This document shows, in pieces, positions 52,786 through 63,096 of a stretch of 64,000 nucleotides of DNA. Source of the stretch: an uncultured Pirellulaceae bacterium. GTDB lineage: Bacteria > Planctomycetota > Planctomycetia > Pirellulales > Pirellulaceae. Both the position numbers and the translations under genes were made by a program. The notes under the pieces were generated by a model that did not search any database, was not told the DNA's origin, and saw nothing but the letters and a program-made list of their open reading frames with translations. Position 1 is the stretch's first letter. Each line of letters opens with the position of its first letter. The stretch is from contig CAZJBW010000010.1 of assembly GCA_964543985.1 (NCBI GenBank), forward strand, positions 9,684-73,683, written 5' to 3'.

Positions 52786-54276
52786 ATGAACGGGATGCTT
52801 GATATGCCCTTGGTGTTGATAACGATTGCGGTGGCTTGCAGCTTCTGCGGAGTGCTTTGTGCCAGTGGCAACGAGTCGCAAGACCGCCCCAACGTGATAC
52901 TCATCATGCTGGATGATCTGGGGATCGCTGACCTGGGTTGTTATGGAGGCCAGGTGGTTAAGACGCCGAACATCGACCTTCTGGCCGAGCAAGGGGTGCG
53001 GTTCACGAACGCCTATTCCGGTTCGGTGGTGTGCGCGCCCGCTCGCTGCATCCTGATGACTGGCAAACATTCTGGCCATTGTTCCGTCCGCACCAATAGC
53101 GGCGGCGTACCACTGCCTGATGCCGACTACACGATCGCCGAATTGGTCAAATCGCAAGGGTACAAGACAGCCGGTTTTGGCAAATGGTGCTTGGGCATTC
53201 CGCAATCGGAAGGAGACCCACAGCAACAAGGCTTCGATCACTTCTTTGGTTACTACCACCAATCGCACGCTCATATCCAATTCCCCGAGTACCTGGTTCG
53301 AGATGGGGTTCGCGAAATTTTGAGTGGCAACTTGAACTCCAAAATGACCAAAGATCGCATTGGTTTTTTTGACGATTCAACCAGTGATGACCGACAACTA
53401 GAGTTTGCTCACTATCGCATCATGAGCGAGTTGAAAGAGTTCATCTCGCAAAACCACAACGAAGACTTTTTCTGCTACGTGCCGATCACGATGCCTCACG
53501 GTCGATTTCAAATGCCCAGTTCAGATCCGGCGGCCAAGAAGTTCGCTGACAAGGATTGGAGCGAAAAGGCCAAGGTCGCTGCCGCCATGATCTCGATGAC
53601 GGATCGGCAGATTGGCCAGTTAAGACAACTGCTGGTCGATCTAGAAATCAGCCAAAAGACAATGATCGTAATATGCTCGGACCATGGCCCAGCGGCTCGC
53701 TACGAGGGCGAACTGAATTCAGCCGGACCCTACAAAGGATTCAAACGATCCGTGTACGAAGGCGGGATCCGCATTCCCATGATCATTCATTGTCCGGATT
53801 TAATCACACCAAAGACCAGTGATCTGCCCGTCTATCTTGGCGACATGATCACGACAATGGCGGACCTGTGCGGTGGAGCTTCCGAATTGCCAACGGACCT
53901 GGATTCCATTTCGTTCGCACCCACTTTGAACGATCGGTTCGGCGAACAACAAAAGCACGAAGCGTTGATTTGGAATTGGGCCCGATACAATCCAAATTCC
54001 CAACGTTACGGCGAAAGCATGCAAGCGATCCGAGTCGGTGATTGGAAACTACTCCGCAACACTGAAAGCGACCCTTGGGAACTTTACGATCTTGGTCGGG
54101 ACCCGTTCGAAGAACGGAACGAAGCCGCCAATCATCCACAAATGGTTGCCGACCTGGTCAAAAGAATCGAGACGCAAATCACAAACCCACTGCCTCAACG
54201 CGAGGCTCTGCAGGTGTGGCACAACGAGTTTTTGTCGACCGAGAAACCTGGCGAAAATTTGAGCACTCGCCAATAG
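52786..54276 (+). CDS. sulfatase (formylglycine-dependent arylsulfatase family)
   Basis: Signal peptide, then RPNVILIMLDDLG and the sulfatase signature CAPARCILMTGKH (CxPxR). Confidence 0.9.
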   Translation: MNGMLDMPLVLITIAVACSFCGVLCASGNESQDRPNVILIMLDDLGIADLGCYGGQVVKTPNIDLLAEQGVRFTNAYSGSVVCAPARCILMTGKHSGHCSVRTNSGGVPLPDADYTIAELVKSQGYKTAGFGKWCLGIPQSEGDPQQQGFDHFFGYYHQSHAHIQFPEYLVRDGVREILSGNLNSKMTKDRIGFFDDSTSDDRQLEFAHYRIMSELKEFISQNHNEDFFCYVPITMPHGRFQMPSSDPAAKKFADKDWSEKAKVAAAMISMTDRQIGQLRQLLVDLEISQKTMIVICSDHGPAARYEGELNSAGPYKGFKRSVYEGGIRIPMIIHCPDLITPKTSDLPVYLGDMITTMADLCGGASELPTDLDSISFAPTLNDRFGEQQKHEALIWNWARYNPNSQRYGESMQAIRVGDWKLLRNTESDPWELYDLGRDPFEERNEAANHPQMVADLVKRIETQITNPLPQREALQVWHNEFLSTEKPGENLSTRQ

Positions 54277-54286
54277 CAAGTCCCGT

Positions 54287-55471
54287 TTAGGCCGCCTTCT
54301 TTTTTCCCAAACGCTTCGCGTTTTCTGCCTGCAGCCAATCGGTCATCTGCATCAAGCTTTTATTCCAGGACTTGCTAAGTCGGGATTCGCAGAAGACGCC
54401 AAACAGCATGTCCACCGTTTCGGACATTTGCCGAATGCTTTCGATTCGATCCAGCACGTCACGTCGTTGAACGTCTTCGCCGATCTGGCTGATCCGAGCA
54501 CCATTGATGGTTAGTGATTCGGCTTTCAGCGTTAAATCATATTGTTCGCCTTCACGAATCAACGTTAACCCTGCTTTGCGAGGCAGCTTGCCCATACGAA
54601 TTGCCAATCGCGATTCGGGCAAGGCCACGGGTGAATCGGACGAGATCGATTCTTTACCACTTTCGCCAAGCGGACAGTCCAACGCCAGCGACCGTGCGAA
54701 CATACTGGCCACTTCGGTTTCGTCAGCCAAATCGAAGACATCCGATTTGGTTTCTGTCTGCCACCACAGCCACAAAAGAAACTCGTTGCCCAAAAAATCG
54801 TAGTTGTCCTTCATGCCGTTCCACCAGACAACACTGTTGTCTCGGTCGGCGATAAACGTCGAGGGTGTCGCGCCGTAGATGCCGGCTTTTTCGTCTTCAG
54901 ACTCGGACAACTCAAGCGCCAGACTTCCTGAGGTGACTCGCGTGAACGCCAAACCGAAAGCGCTGTTCAGAAGCGACAAGCATGCATCGTTCGCTTTTTC
55001 GCTGGTACCACCTAAGTAGACGGTTTCTGTTTCAGCGTCCCATAGGACTGGCGTCTGGTTCATTCGCAGGTAGTTACCTTTTTCGGCCTGTTGCTCGCAC
55101 AGGTCGTCGACCGCTTGCTTGGCTTCCTCGCGTTGCGACTTTGTAGGGCGACCACCAGGGTTGTCCTTCATCATGCCGCTAAGTTCGATCTGCATCCAGG
55201 CCTTTTTGATAGGGCCGGGGATCTGGCAGGTATCGCAACGGATCCCAAAGTGCAGAGCCTCGCCAAGGATGTTCTTTTCGTAGTCGAATTGAGTGTCCAA
55301 CAGATGGGCACCGCCGGAAAAGCCAATCGCAGGCGAATCGAACAAGTTTGATTTGGACGAGTTAATTCGATGCTTCTTCAGGATCTCCAGGTGTTCCTCG
55401 CCGAACTCGCCCGTAGGGTCTTCAGTGATACGAAATCGTTCGAACGTGACGGAACCTGAAAGGAAACCCAT
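54287..55471 (-). CDS. RdgC-like recombination-associated protein (tentative)
   Basis: N-terminus MGFLSGSVTFERFRI and overall block order resemble RdgC. This is a weak by-eye match only. Confidence 0.4.
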   Translation of the reverse strand: MGFLSGSVTFERFRITEDPTGEFGEEHLEILKKHRINSSKSNLFDSPAIGFSGGAHLLDTQFDYEKNILGEALHFGIRCDTCQIPGPIKKAWMQIELSGMMKDNPGGRPTKSQREEAKQAVDDLCEQQAEKGNYLRMNQTPVLWDAETETVYLGGTSEKANDACLSLLNSAFGLAFTRVTSGSLALELSESEDEKAGIYGATPSTFIADRDNSVVWWNGMKDNYDFLGNEFLLWLWWQTETKSDVFDLADETEVASMFARSLALDCPLGESGKESISSDSPVALPESRLAIRMGKLPRKAGLTLIREGEQYDLTLKAESLTINGARISQIGEDVQRRDVLDRIESIRQMSETVDMLFGVFCESRLSKSWNKSLMQMTDWLQAENAKRLGKKKAA

Positions 55472-55656
55472 AACTGAATTGGCCTATTGCTAAACTTGTC
55501 GTGGCTAAGATTCTGACGTTTCGCGTTTGAGCACGAGGCCGTCAAAGTAACTACATTCGACATCTGGCATTCGAAACTTGATTCAGTCGGTGGCGCAGAA
55601 AAGCGAAAACCGAACGAGTCGTTGCCGCATCGTTACCTCGGTCATAGAACTCGAAT

Positions 55657-57318
55657 CTAAGAATCCTGTGGACTCTGACTGTCGGTAAACGGTTCCACGT
55701 TGACCGTTGGAATAGAGAATCCCTTCACCCCTGGGATCAGTTCGTCCAATGCTGGCGGAGCTGGCGTTTGCACGGGCGTTGCGGTTGACGGATGGTTCGC
55801 ATTATCCATAGGGTGAGTATCTGTTACGGCAGGGATCGATGGTAACGTTTCCGAGCTTGTCGGAATCGGTGACGTGTCCTGCTGAGCCGTTTCTGACTTA
55901 GTTGTATTCGCGGTAGCCGAATTTGGCTGAGGGGCAGGCTGTGGTTGTCGGGTCAGTGGCGTACTTCCGGAAGAACCTGAGTCTGTACCGAAAGGCAAGC
56001 TAGGCACGGGCGTCACCATCATGACCAAGCCCAAGCCGAACAATCCACCGGCGACCGCGGCCGCAAACAACATGGTTCGCTTGGTAGGCCCCAGCGGACG
56101 GAGACCCGTTTGCGCCTCGTCCAGTTTGGTCATAAAGTCGACCTTCTGAGCAGCGCGGTGCATAGAACTCGCCTGAGCTAACTCGGCTTGAGCTTTAGAA
56201 ATCGCCTCGTTGCGAACTCTCAGTTCTTCATTCAATTGACCGTACTCAACACGAACTAGAGCCAAGTCGGTGATTCGCTTTTCGATCTCTTCCGAGCGTT
56301 GGCCCAGCAGATTGGCGCTGCGGTTGGCCAAACTGCGTTGTGTTTCCAAGCCCGCCAATGCCGTTTCCAGTTCCAAGTTGATTTGGTAGCGGATGTCTCG
56401 AACCGATTTGTTGCTGGACTGGAACCGAGGGTGCTTCATCGAGTAAAGACCGCCCACCGTTGCGCGAGAGACCTGGGCTTCGATCAACTGAATCTTCAGT
56501 TGTTCCAGTGCCGGTTGCGATTCCAGCAGTTCTCGTGGTGTGGCCAGCAAAGCCGACGGGTTGCGAGAGGCGGCTTCCAAGTGACTGATCAATTGAATGG
56601 TCTGCGCTTCTTGAGATTCCGCTTGTCGTTTTTCCGCTTCGATTTGAGCAATCGTTCGTCGCAAATCACTGCCGGCGAAGTTTTGGCCATTGATGACTCG
56701 CAATTCCGCCAAGTCGCCACCGACTTTGGATTCAATCTCTTTCAGCATTGCCGACGTTTGCAACAACTCACCCTTGGCCAACTCGACTGATTCACCAATT
56801 TCCTGCATCATGCTTGCGGCGCGTTCTTGCCGCAGGCGACGAATCTCGTTGCGAGTTTCGTCAAACAGAGCCTCAACCAATTGTCTTGCTTTATCGGTAG
56901 TCGAAGCTTTGACTCGCATCGTCAAGATTTCTGTGTTACCCAATTCGGAACCGCCAGGTGCCGAAAACGAGATGGCTTCTTGCAACTCTTGAATTTCTTT
57001 GCGTGATGGCTCTTCACCATCCACTGCCAACATGACTCGCTTGATAACCCGAGGACGCCTAGCGACCTCTTGAATCACTTCCTGGGCCGTCTTCATAGTG
57101 TCCAGTGAATCGAAGCGACCGGGTCGCACTGTTCGACCAATGAATTCTTCACGCACGATAAAGGCTTGCGAGGCATCCCAGGTCTTGGGGCCCAAGAAGG
57201 CTATCAGCAGCGCAATGAGAACTGCTGAAAACAATGGGATACACCAGAGCCCTGGCCTGCGATAAGCAGTATCTAAAAGGGCTCGAAGATAATCCTTGTG
57301 CTGTCTTTGTTGCGTCAT
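55657..57318 (-). CDS. Wzz/GumC-family polysaccharide chain-length determinant protein
   Basis: N-terminal TM (LWCIPLFSAVLIALLIAFLG) followed by PKTWDASQAFIVRE. A long coiled-coil periplasmic region, a second TM (MLFAAAVAGGLFGLGLVMMV) and a Pro/Thr-rich tail. Confidence 0.65.
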   Translation of the reverse strand: MTQQRQHKDYLRALLDTAYRRPGLWCIPLFSAVLIALLIAFLGPKTWDASQAFIVREEFIGRTVRPGRFDSLDTMKTAQEVIQEVARRPRVIKRVMLAVDGEEPSRKEIQELQEAISFSAPGGSELGNTEILTMRVKASTTDKARQLVEALFDETRNEIRRLRQERAASMMQEIGESVELAKGELLQTSAMLKEIESKVGGDLAELRVINGQNFAGSDLRRTIAQIEAEKRQAESQEAQTIQLISHLEAASRNPSALLATPRELLESQPALEQLKIQLIEAQVSRATVGGLYSMKHPRFQSSNKSVRDIRYQINLELETALAGLETQRSLANRSANLLGQRSEEIEKRITDLALVRVEYGQLNEELRVRNEAISKAQAELAQASSMHRAAQKVDFMTKLDEAQTGLRPLGPTKRTMLFAAAVAGGLFGLGLVMMVTPVPSLPFGTDSGSSGSTPLTRQPQPAPQPNSATANTTKSETAQQDTSPIPTSSETLPSIPAVTDTHPMDNANHPSTATPVQTPAPPALDELIPGVKGFSIPTVNVEPFTDSQSPQDS

Positions 57319-57657
57319 CAGTCAATCAAACCTGAAACTACATTTACGATCTGAACTACCAGCGGCGTACGTATTAATTTGTTCGTACTGAATATCTCAG
57401 TAAGTTGACTTGTGCCGCCTTTTTTGACACAGAAAATATCGACAGCATGCGTAACAACGGAATCACAAGCAAGGTCTCGTAAACCGTTAAGCTTTCGGTA
57501 GCCGTCAAACTTTAACAGCATGTGCAAGCTGCACGGCATTGATTTAGTGGACAAGGCAAGCAAAAAGTCGCGTCGTCATCGCCCTCCACGAAAAAACCGC
57601 AAGCCGGATTTAGCAATCCGACTTGCGGTCGAGTTTGGTCAAATTGAGTAGCGAGCC

Positions 57658-59004
57658 TTAGTTCATAACAAAGCTCTCACGCACAGACTGTTGCAACACT
57701 TGTGCGGTGTTTCTTTCGATCATACGAATCCTTACCTCGATCGCTCGAACCGGGTAAGCGTAGGGTGGGGCGGTTTCCCGCTCGTCATTGTCATCGATAC
57801 CCGATGTGGCATCGTTGTCCACGCCATCCACGCCTTCGTCGAACAAACCATCGGTATCTTGATCGATTCCGTCAGACTCGTAACCGTTCCACCAAGTGCA
57901 GTAGGTGTAATTGTTCCACGTGTAGTTGTTTGTGAACGGGTCGCCAGCAAACCAGCGATCATTGTTAAAGATAGGTCGGATTCCACCACGACTGGCCGCA
58001 TCGTAGCCCAGGTTAACGTAAGAACCTACTTGACCATACGAACTTGCGTTGGCCGCAACCGATGGATCGAAGGTGCCCACGAGATCTGCAGTGGTGTTGG
58101 GATCTTCAAAGCCTGGATCGTCGTACTCGATGACCTGCTGGGTGACGACCAATGGATTGGTAGCAGCCAGCGTTGGATCTGGATCAAACGCTTCTGCCGT
58201 CGGATCAAAAACTTTGATGTCGAATGCCACGCAATCATCCAGCATCACGTCAAAACCTTCGACTGATCCGCCCAAGATTCGATCACTTACGACCGACGGA
58301 TCCAGTTCATGAGGAAACAAAGCTGGGTCGTGTGCGAAACGATTTTGTCGCAGAGTCAAATCGGACAGCGAGTTCATGCTCAAGCCAGTACCGTCCACAC
58401 GGACAGAAATATCATTGTTTTGGAAAAAGGTGTCGATGTCCGCTGCCAAAACGCCTGTTGCTAGATCTGGTCGAATCAACAATTCGCGACGATGCAAACG
58501 GAATTGCCCATCGAATCCATCGCTACCGGTTTGCTCGACCCACCAAATAACCTCAGCCAAATACGATTCGACCGTCAACACGGCCCCACTGGCATCGACA
58601 AAACGACCGCGGAACGGCTCGTCTTCGCTGCGAACAGTAAGCAGCAAATAGTCGTCGTGATCACCAATAAAGCTGATGGCATCCGTCGCGTGTTCCGCAT
58701 CGGTCTCCTCGCCTTCGATAATGGTCAAGTATCCATCGGAGGTCGAACGCGGGTTGGGAATTCGCGTGGTGTTTTGCAGATCGCGTCGCAGCTTTTCTAC
58801 GACGACACGAATTTTGTTGTGCATATCCATACGTGCACGACCTTCTGAGATGCTATCTCCGGTCACTGCAAACGCACGGATCATGGCTGCCACAATGACC
58901 AATGTCAAAGCGACTGCAATCATCACTTCGATCAGAGTGATTCCTTGACGAGATCGTCGCTTAATCATTCGGCACGGATTTAGGGATGAGGATGCCAGAT
59001 TCAT
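57658..59004 (-). CDS. prepilin-type N-terminal cleavage/methylation domain protein (pseudopilin-like)
   Basis: RRSRQGITLIEVMIAVALTLVIVAAMI is the classical type IV pilin-like leader plus hydrophobic helix. Start taken at 59004. Confidence 0.7.
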   Translation of the reverse strand: MNLASSSLNPCRMIKRRSRQGITLIEVMIAVALTLVIVAAMIRAFAVTGDSISEGRARMDMHNKIRVVVEKLRRDLQNTTRIPNPRSTSDGYLTIIEGEETDAEHATDAISFIGDHDDYLLLTVRSEDEPFRGRFVDASGAVLTVESYLAEVIWWVEQTGSDGFDGQFRLHRRELLIRPDLATGVLAADIDTFFQNNDISVRVDGTGLSMNSLSDLTLRQNRFAHDPALFPHELDPSVVSDRILGGSVEGFDVMLDDCVAFDIKVFDPTAEAFDPDPTLAATNPLVVTQQVIEYDDPGFEDPNTTADLVGTFDPSVAANASSYGQVGSYVNLGYDAASRGGIRPIFNNDRWFAGDPFTNNYTWNNYTYCTWWNGYESDGIDQDTDGLFDEGVDGVDNDATSGIDDNDERETAPPYAYPVRAIEVRIRMIERNTAQVLQQSVRESFVMN

Positions 59005-59685
59005 GAGAGTAAAACTCCTGGATTGAGCACAAGGCAATAAAAGGCACGTTTGCAAAATCGAAAACGTTGTGGCTTCGCCGGAAAAGGCTTGGTGGCTAAG
59101 CAGAGGTAGTATTATTGGAGATATCGCCCAATAAATCCACGACTAACTAATTTTAACGTCAAAAAACGAGTAGAACACGCTCAATAGATGACCAGAGTGG
59201 GCGATTTAGGGCAAAATCTGCGAAATCTCTCTCACTTTTTGACGTTTCTTTGCATTTTCAGGCCCGACATTCCTCTGCACGGTGTTTCAATTTAGTCCAG
59301 TTCGACGCCCGACCAGAATCTGGTCAAGCGACTAAAAGAGCATCGAATTCGAACGCTTCCATCCCGAGCCCAATTCTGGTTGGAATTTCCTTCAAAAAAA
59401 ACTTCGCACAAAGAGTGACAGATTTTCAGCCCACAATCGTGTAATCAATTAACTGGAAAGGGGTTGAGATCGCGCGGCAACCAACCATTAGACTCGGTGA
59501 ATTCAATTTGTTCGGCAGCGTTTGCGCACTTTATGGCACAGTTGAATTACCTGGTTACGTTTGACCCTTTCCGCCAATTTTCGCCGTGTATAGACTGAAC
59601 TCCTAGCGAGTTCTGTTCGTATCACCTACCCGGATTGATAATTCACCCACACTCGCCATCCAACGACAATCCAGATTTTCAACTT

Positions 59686-62600
59686 ATGGGAACAGCTTCT
59701 ATGCAACGGTACCGCAGCCAGCTGACTCACTTTTTATTTTTTCGCACAGCATTACTTTTTGCAGTGACATTTTGTCTTTGTACTTCCACTGCCGCAGTTG
59801 CCATTGGTTGGCAACAGGAACAAGTGAAGGACGATCCCGCTGCTCAACAAATGTATGAAACGGCAGCGACGTTGTTCAATGCTGGCGAATTCGATTTGGC
59901 GATCGATCGTTGGAAGTCATTGATTGACCAGCATCCCAGTTATTCCGGGATTCGTGATACGAAGTATTTCATGGGAATGGCGTACTATCGCAAAAAGGAC
60001 TTTCCCAACGCGGTTAACGTTTTCGAGTCACTTCGCGATTCGTTGCCAAGCTTGAAAGACTATCCACGTTCGGACAAATTGCTTTTTCACTTGGCATACA
60101 CTCAATTCAAAACCGGAACCGGCGCAGGCGACGCCAACATTCTGCGTCAAGCGCTTAAGACCTTCGACCAGTACTTCACAACCTACCCGAACAGTGAACA
60201 ACGTGACGAAGCTTATCATTTTCAGGGCACAACGTATTACGAACTAAACCACGTGGATGATCAAGCCAAGACGTTGGACTTGGCCGCTCAATCTTTTAAC
60301 AAGGTTGTTACCGACTTCCCCGAATCACCCGTCCTGCCTTTGTCCACTTACTTCTTGGGCGTTTGCCAACAGGAATCCGGGCAGTACCAATTAGCCAGCC
60401 AAACCTACGATCTGTTTCTGAACGAACACTCCGAACACGACTACTCAAGCGAGACTAAGCTGCGCCGTGCCGACTGTCTTTTACAGCTAGGCATCGCCGC
60501 CAAGAACACTGGTGATGCTGACGTTGCGGCCGCCAACTTCAAACAAGCCGAAACGTATTACCAACCATTGGTAGAAGATTTGGAATATTCCAATCGTCCG
60601 ATGGCCATGCACCAAATGGCGTATTGCTTGCTGCACATGAACCAGTACGAAAGAGCGGCTGATCTGTACGCCACGATCGCCACGGACTATCCAAATTTCG
60701 AGTTCGCAAATACGGCCGCAATCGATGCAGGGAAATACTACTTTCAATCTCGCAAGCTGCCGTCTGCCGAGGAATGGCTGCAGAAAGTCTACAACGAAAA
60801 CGAAGCGTTTCGTTGGGAGGCCTGCCACTGGTTGTGCCGCACCAAGTTGGAGATGAACAAAGCGAACGAGGTCCTGTTGTTGGCCGACGACGCTCTACAA
60901 AACGAAACGGAACCCTACCGTGCCAACTTGTTAATGAACCGTGCCGATGCCTTGGATCAAATGGACGATCGAAAGGCAGACGCTGTCGCAGCCTACCTAC
61001 AAACAGCCACGGAATTCCCAAATCATCGTGTGGCCCCCCAGGCGCTTTACTACGCCAGCTTTGGCTACCTGCAAGCTGGCCTGAACGAAAAGGCAATGCA
61101 AACTGCCGAACTGTTCCAGGAACGCTACACTGCCGACAACACGTTCTACCCTGATTCCGTCGAGATCATCGGACGCGCGGCCACCAACTTGAAACAATTC
61201 GACCTGGCCGAAAAGACGTTCACCAATCTACGTTTGCAATTTCCCAATCACCAGAAAGTCGCCTGGTGGGGGACTCGAATCGGTTGGGTGCATTACTTGC
61301 AAGGCGAATACGATCGGGCGGTTGCTGGGCTTTCTGAACTGATTTTGAAAACCGAAGATCAGGTAGTGCTATCCGAGGCGAACTACGTCATCGGTGCCAG
61401 CCAGTTTGAACTCAAAAACAACGTCAAAGCGGTCGAACACCTGAAACGATCTCTGACGCACAATCCAGAACGAGTCAACCGCCAGGCATTGCGAATCCTG
61501 ATGGCTCGATCGCACGCACGCCTGAAGGAGTACGAGCAAGCGATCGCTCTGTCGCGAGAAGTCTGGAACGACGCAAAGAACCCGACAGCCGGATACTGGA
61601 TGGGCGAGTTTCAATATCTAAAAGGTGATTTCGAATCCGCCATTACCAGCTACCAACAAGTCGTGGACTTGCAGCCCGAGGTCGAGAATCGACCGGATGC
61701 CCTGTACGGCCTGGCATGGGCATACACTTCCAACAAAGAATTCGACAAAGCGATTGGATTTTTCGACGAGTTGTTGGCAAAGTACTCGCAGCACTCATTA
61801 GCTGACGACGCTCGCTTCGGTCGTGGCAAAGCCTTGCGATCAGGCGGGAAACTTCCTGAAGCCATTGCCGACTTCAACGAGTATCTAAAAGAAGACCTAA
61901 GTGAAGCCGATCGCTTCTCGGCAATCCACGCACGAGCTCTGTGTTACGTCGATCTGGAAAATTGGGACAATGCCATTAGTGACTTGGAAGCACTATCCAA
62001 GAACTTGCAACAAAACCCTGAACTAGCAGATGGCGTACTATTCGACTTGGCCTGGAGCTACAAGGAAACAAATCAACCCGAACAAGCCATCAGCACCTTT
62101 ACAGCTTTGACAACTGATTACCCGAATAGCCCCAAAGCAGCTGAGGCTCACTATCACATCGGCGAAAATCACTACGAGGCCCAGGACTATACGAGTGCGA
62201 TGCCGCGATTCCGCGCGGCAATCCAAGGCACCTCGCGTCCCAAAGTTGGCGAACTGGCTTCTTATCGACTGGCTTGGTGTCTTTACAAAACCGAGGATTT
62301 CCCAGAAGCGCAAAAAGCATTTCAGAATGTGGCGAACCAGTTTCCCAATGGGCAATTGAAACCTTTGGCATTGTCGATGGCCGCCGAATCCCATTTCCAA
62401 CTCGATCAATACTCAGACGCCGTAACGGTCTACAAGTTGGCAGTTCCAGCGATCACGGCTTCCTCGGAAGAGACCGAACTGAAAATCGTAGCTCCGTTAC
62501 ATGCGGCCCAGAGTGCCAATCGTTTGAAACAATTTGATGTCGCAATCGATTATGCGAATATCGTGGTCGAAAATTACCCCGACAGTCCTTTGGTCGCTGA

Positions 62601-63021
62601 TGCTTGGTACGAAATCGGCGAAGCAAAAAAAGGGTTGGGCAATTCCGAACAAGCGATCGCGGCCTGGTCCGAAGCAATGAACAAGTCTTTCGGAAAGACG
62701 GGAGCGCGGGCTCGCTGCATGGTCGGTGAAGTCCTGTTCGGTCAGAAGAAATACAACGAAGCCATCAATCAATTCAAGTTGGTCGTCTACGGCTCCTTCA
62801 ACGACCCGGAAGCCGTCAAACCGTGGCAAGCATTTGCCGCTTACGAAGCAGCCAGATGTTACTACGTGCAAATTCAAGGCGAATCGGATACCGCTCGTCG
62901 GACGGACTTAATCAAGAACGCAAAACAGTTCTTTCAAATTCTGGTCGACCAATTCCCCAACGATAAGTTGACGGCAGACGCCAAGCAACAAATCCAAGTG
63001 CTTAACGGAATCGACAACTAA
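59686..63021 (+). CDS. large secreted tetratricopeptide-repeat (TPR) protein
   Basis: Signal/TM FFRTALLFAVTFCLCTSTAAVA. Many A..Y..G.......A...F-type 34-aa repeats across about 1100 aa. Confidence 0.8.
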   Translation: MGTASMQRYRSQLTHFLFFRTALLFAVTFCLCTSTAAVAIGWQQEQVKDDPAAQQMYETAATLFNAGEFDLAIDRWKSLIDQHPSYSGIRDTKYFMGMAYYRKKDFPNAVNVFESLRDSLPSLKDYPRSDKLLFHLAYTQFKTGTGAGDANILRQALKTFDQYFTTYPNSEQRDEAYHFQGTTYYELNHVDDQAKTLDLAAQSFNKVVTDFPESPVLPLSTYFLGVCQQESGQYQLASQTYDLFLNEHSEHDYSSETKLRRADCLLQLGIAAKNTGDADVAAANFKQAETYYQPLVEDLEYSNRPMAMHQMAYCLLHMNQYERAADLYATIATDYPNFEFANTAAIDAGKYYFQSRKLPSAEEWLQKVYNENEAFRWEACHWLCRTKLEMNKANEVLLLADDALQNETEPYRANLLMNRADALDQMDDRKADAVAAYLQTATEFPNHRVAPQALYYASFGYLQAGLNEKAMQTAELFQERYTADNTFYPDSVEIIGRAATNLKQFDLAEKTFTNLRLQFPNHQKVAWWGTRIGWVHYLQGEYDRAVAGLSELILKTEDQVVLSEANYVIGASQFELKNNVKAVEHLKRSLTHNPERVNRQALRILMARSHARLKEYEQAIALSREVWNDAKNPTAGYWMGEFQYLKGDFESAITSYQQVVDLQPEVENRPDALYGLAWAYTSNKEFDKAIGFFDELLAKYSQHSLADDARFGRGKALRSGGKLPEAIADFNEYLKEDLSEADRFSAIHARALCYVDLENWDNAISDLEALSKNLQQNPELADGVLFDLAWSYKETNQPEQAISTFTALTTDYPNSPKAAEAHYHIGENHYEAQDYTSAMPRFRAAIQGTSRPKVGELASYRLAWCLYKTEDFPEAQKAFQNVANQFPNGQLKPLALSMAAESHFQLDQYSDAVTVYKLAVPAITASSEETELKIVAPLHAAQSANRLKQFDVAIDYANIVVENYPDSPLVADAWYEIGEAKKGLGNSEQAIAAWSEAMNKSFGKTGARARCMVGEVLFGQKKYNEAINQFKLVVYGSFNDPEAVKPWQAFAAYEAARCYYVQIQGESDTARRTDLIKNAKQFFQILVDQFPNDKLTADAKQQIQVLNGIDN

Positions 63022-63096
63022 GCCTTTGCTTGGCAAAAGCCTGGGATCGATCGGCAAGTGTCGCTCGATTCGAATTTTCAATACTTCGGAGTTCAG

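Noticed and set aside
52732-53280. 182-aa minus-strand ORF
   Set aside because: It lies antisense to the sulfatase gene, which carries the diagnostic CxPxR signature.
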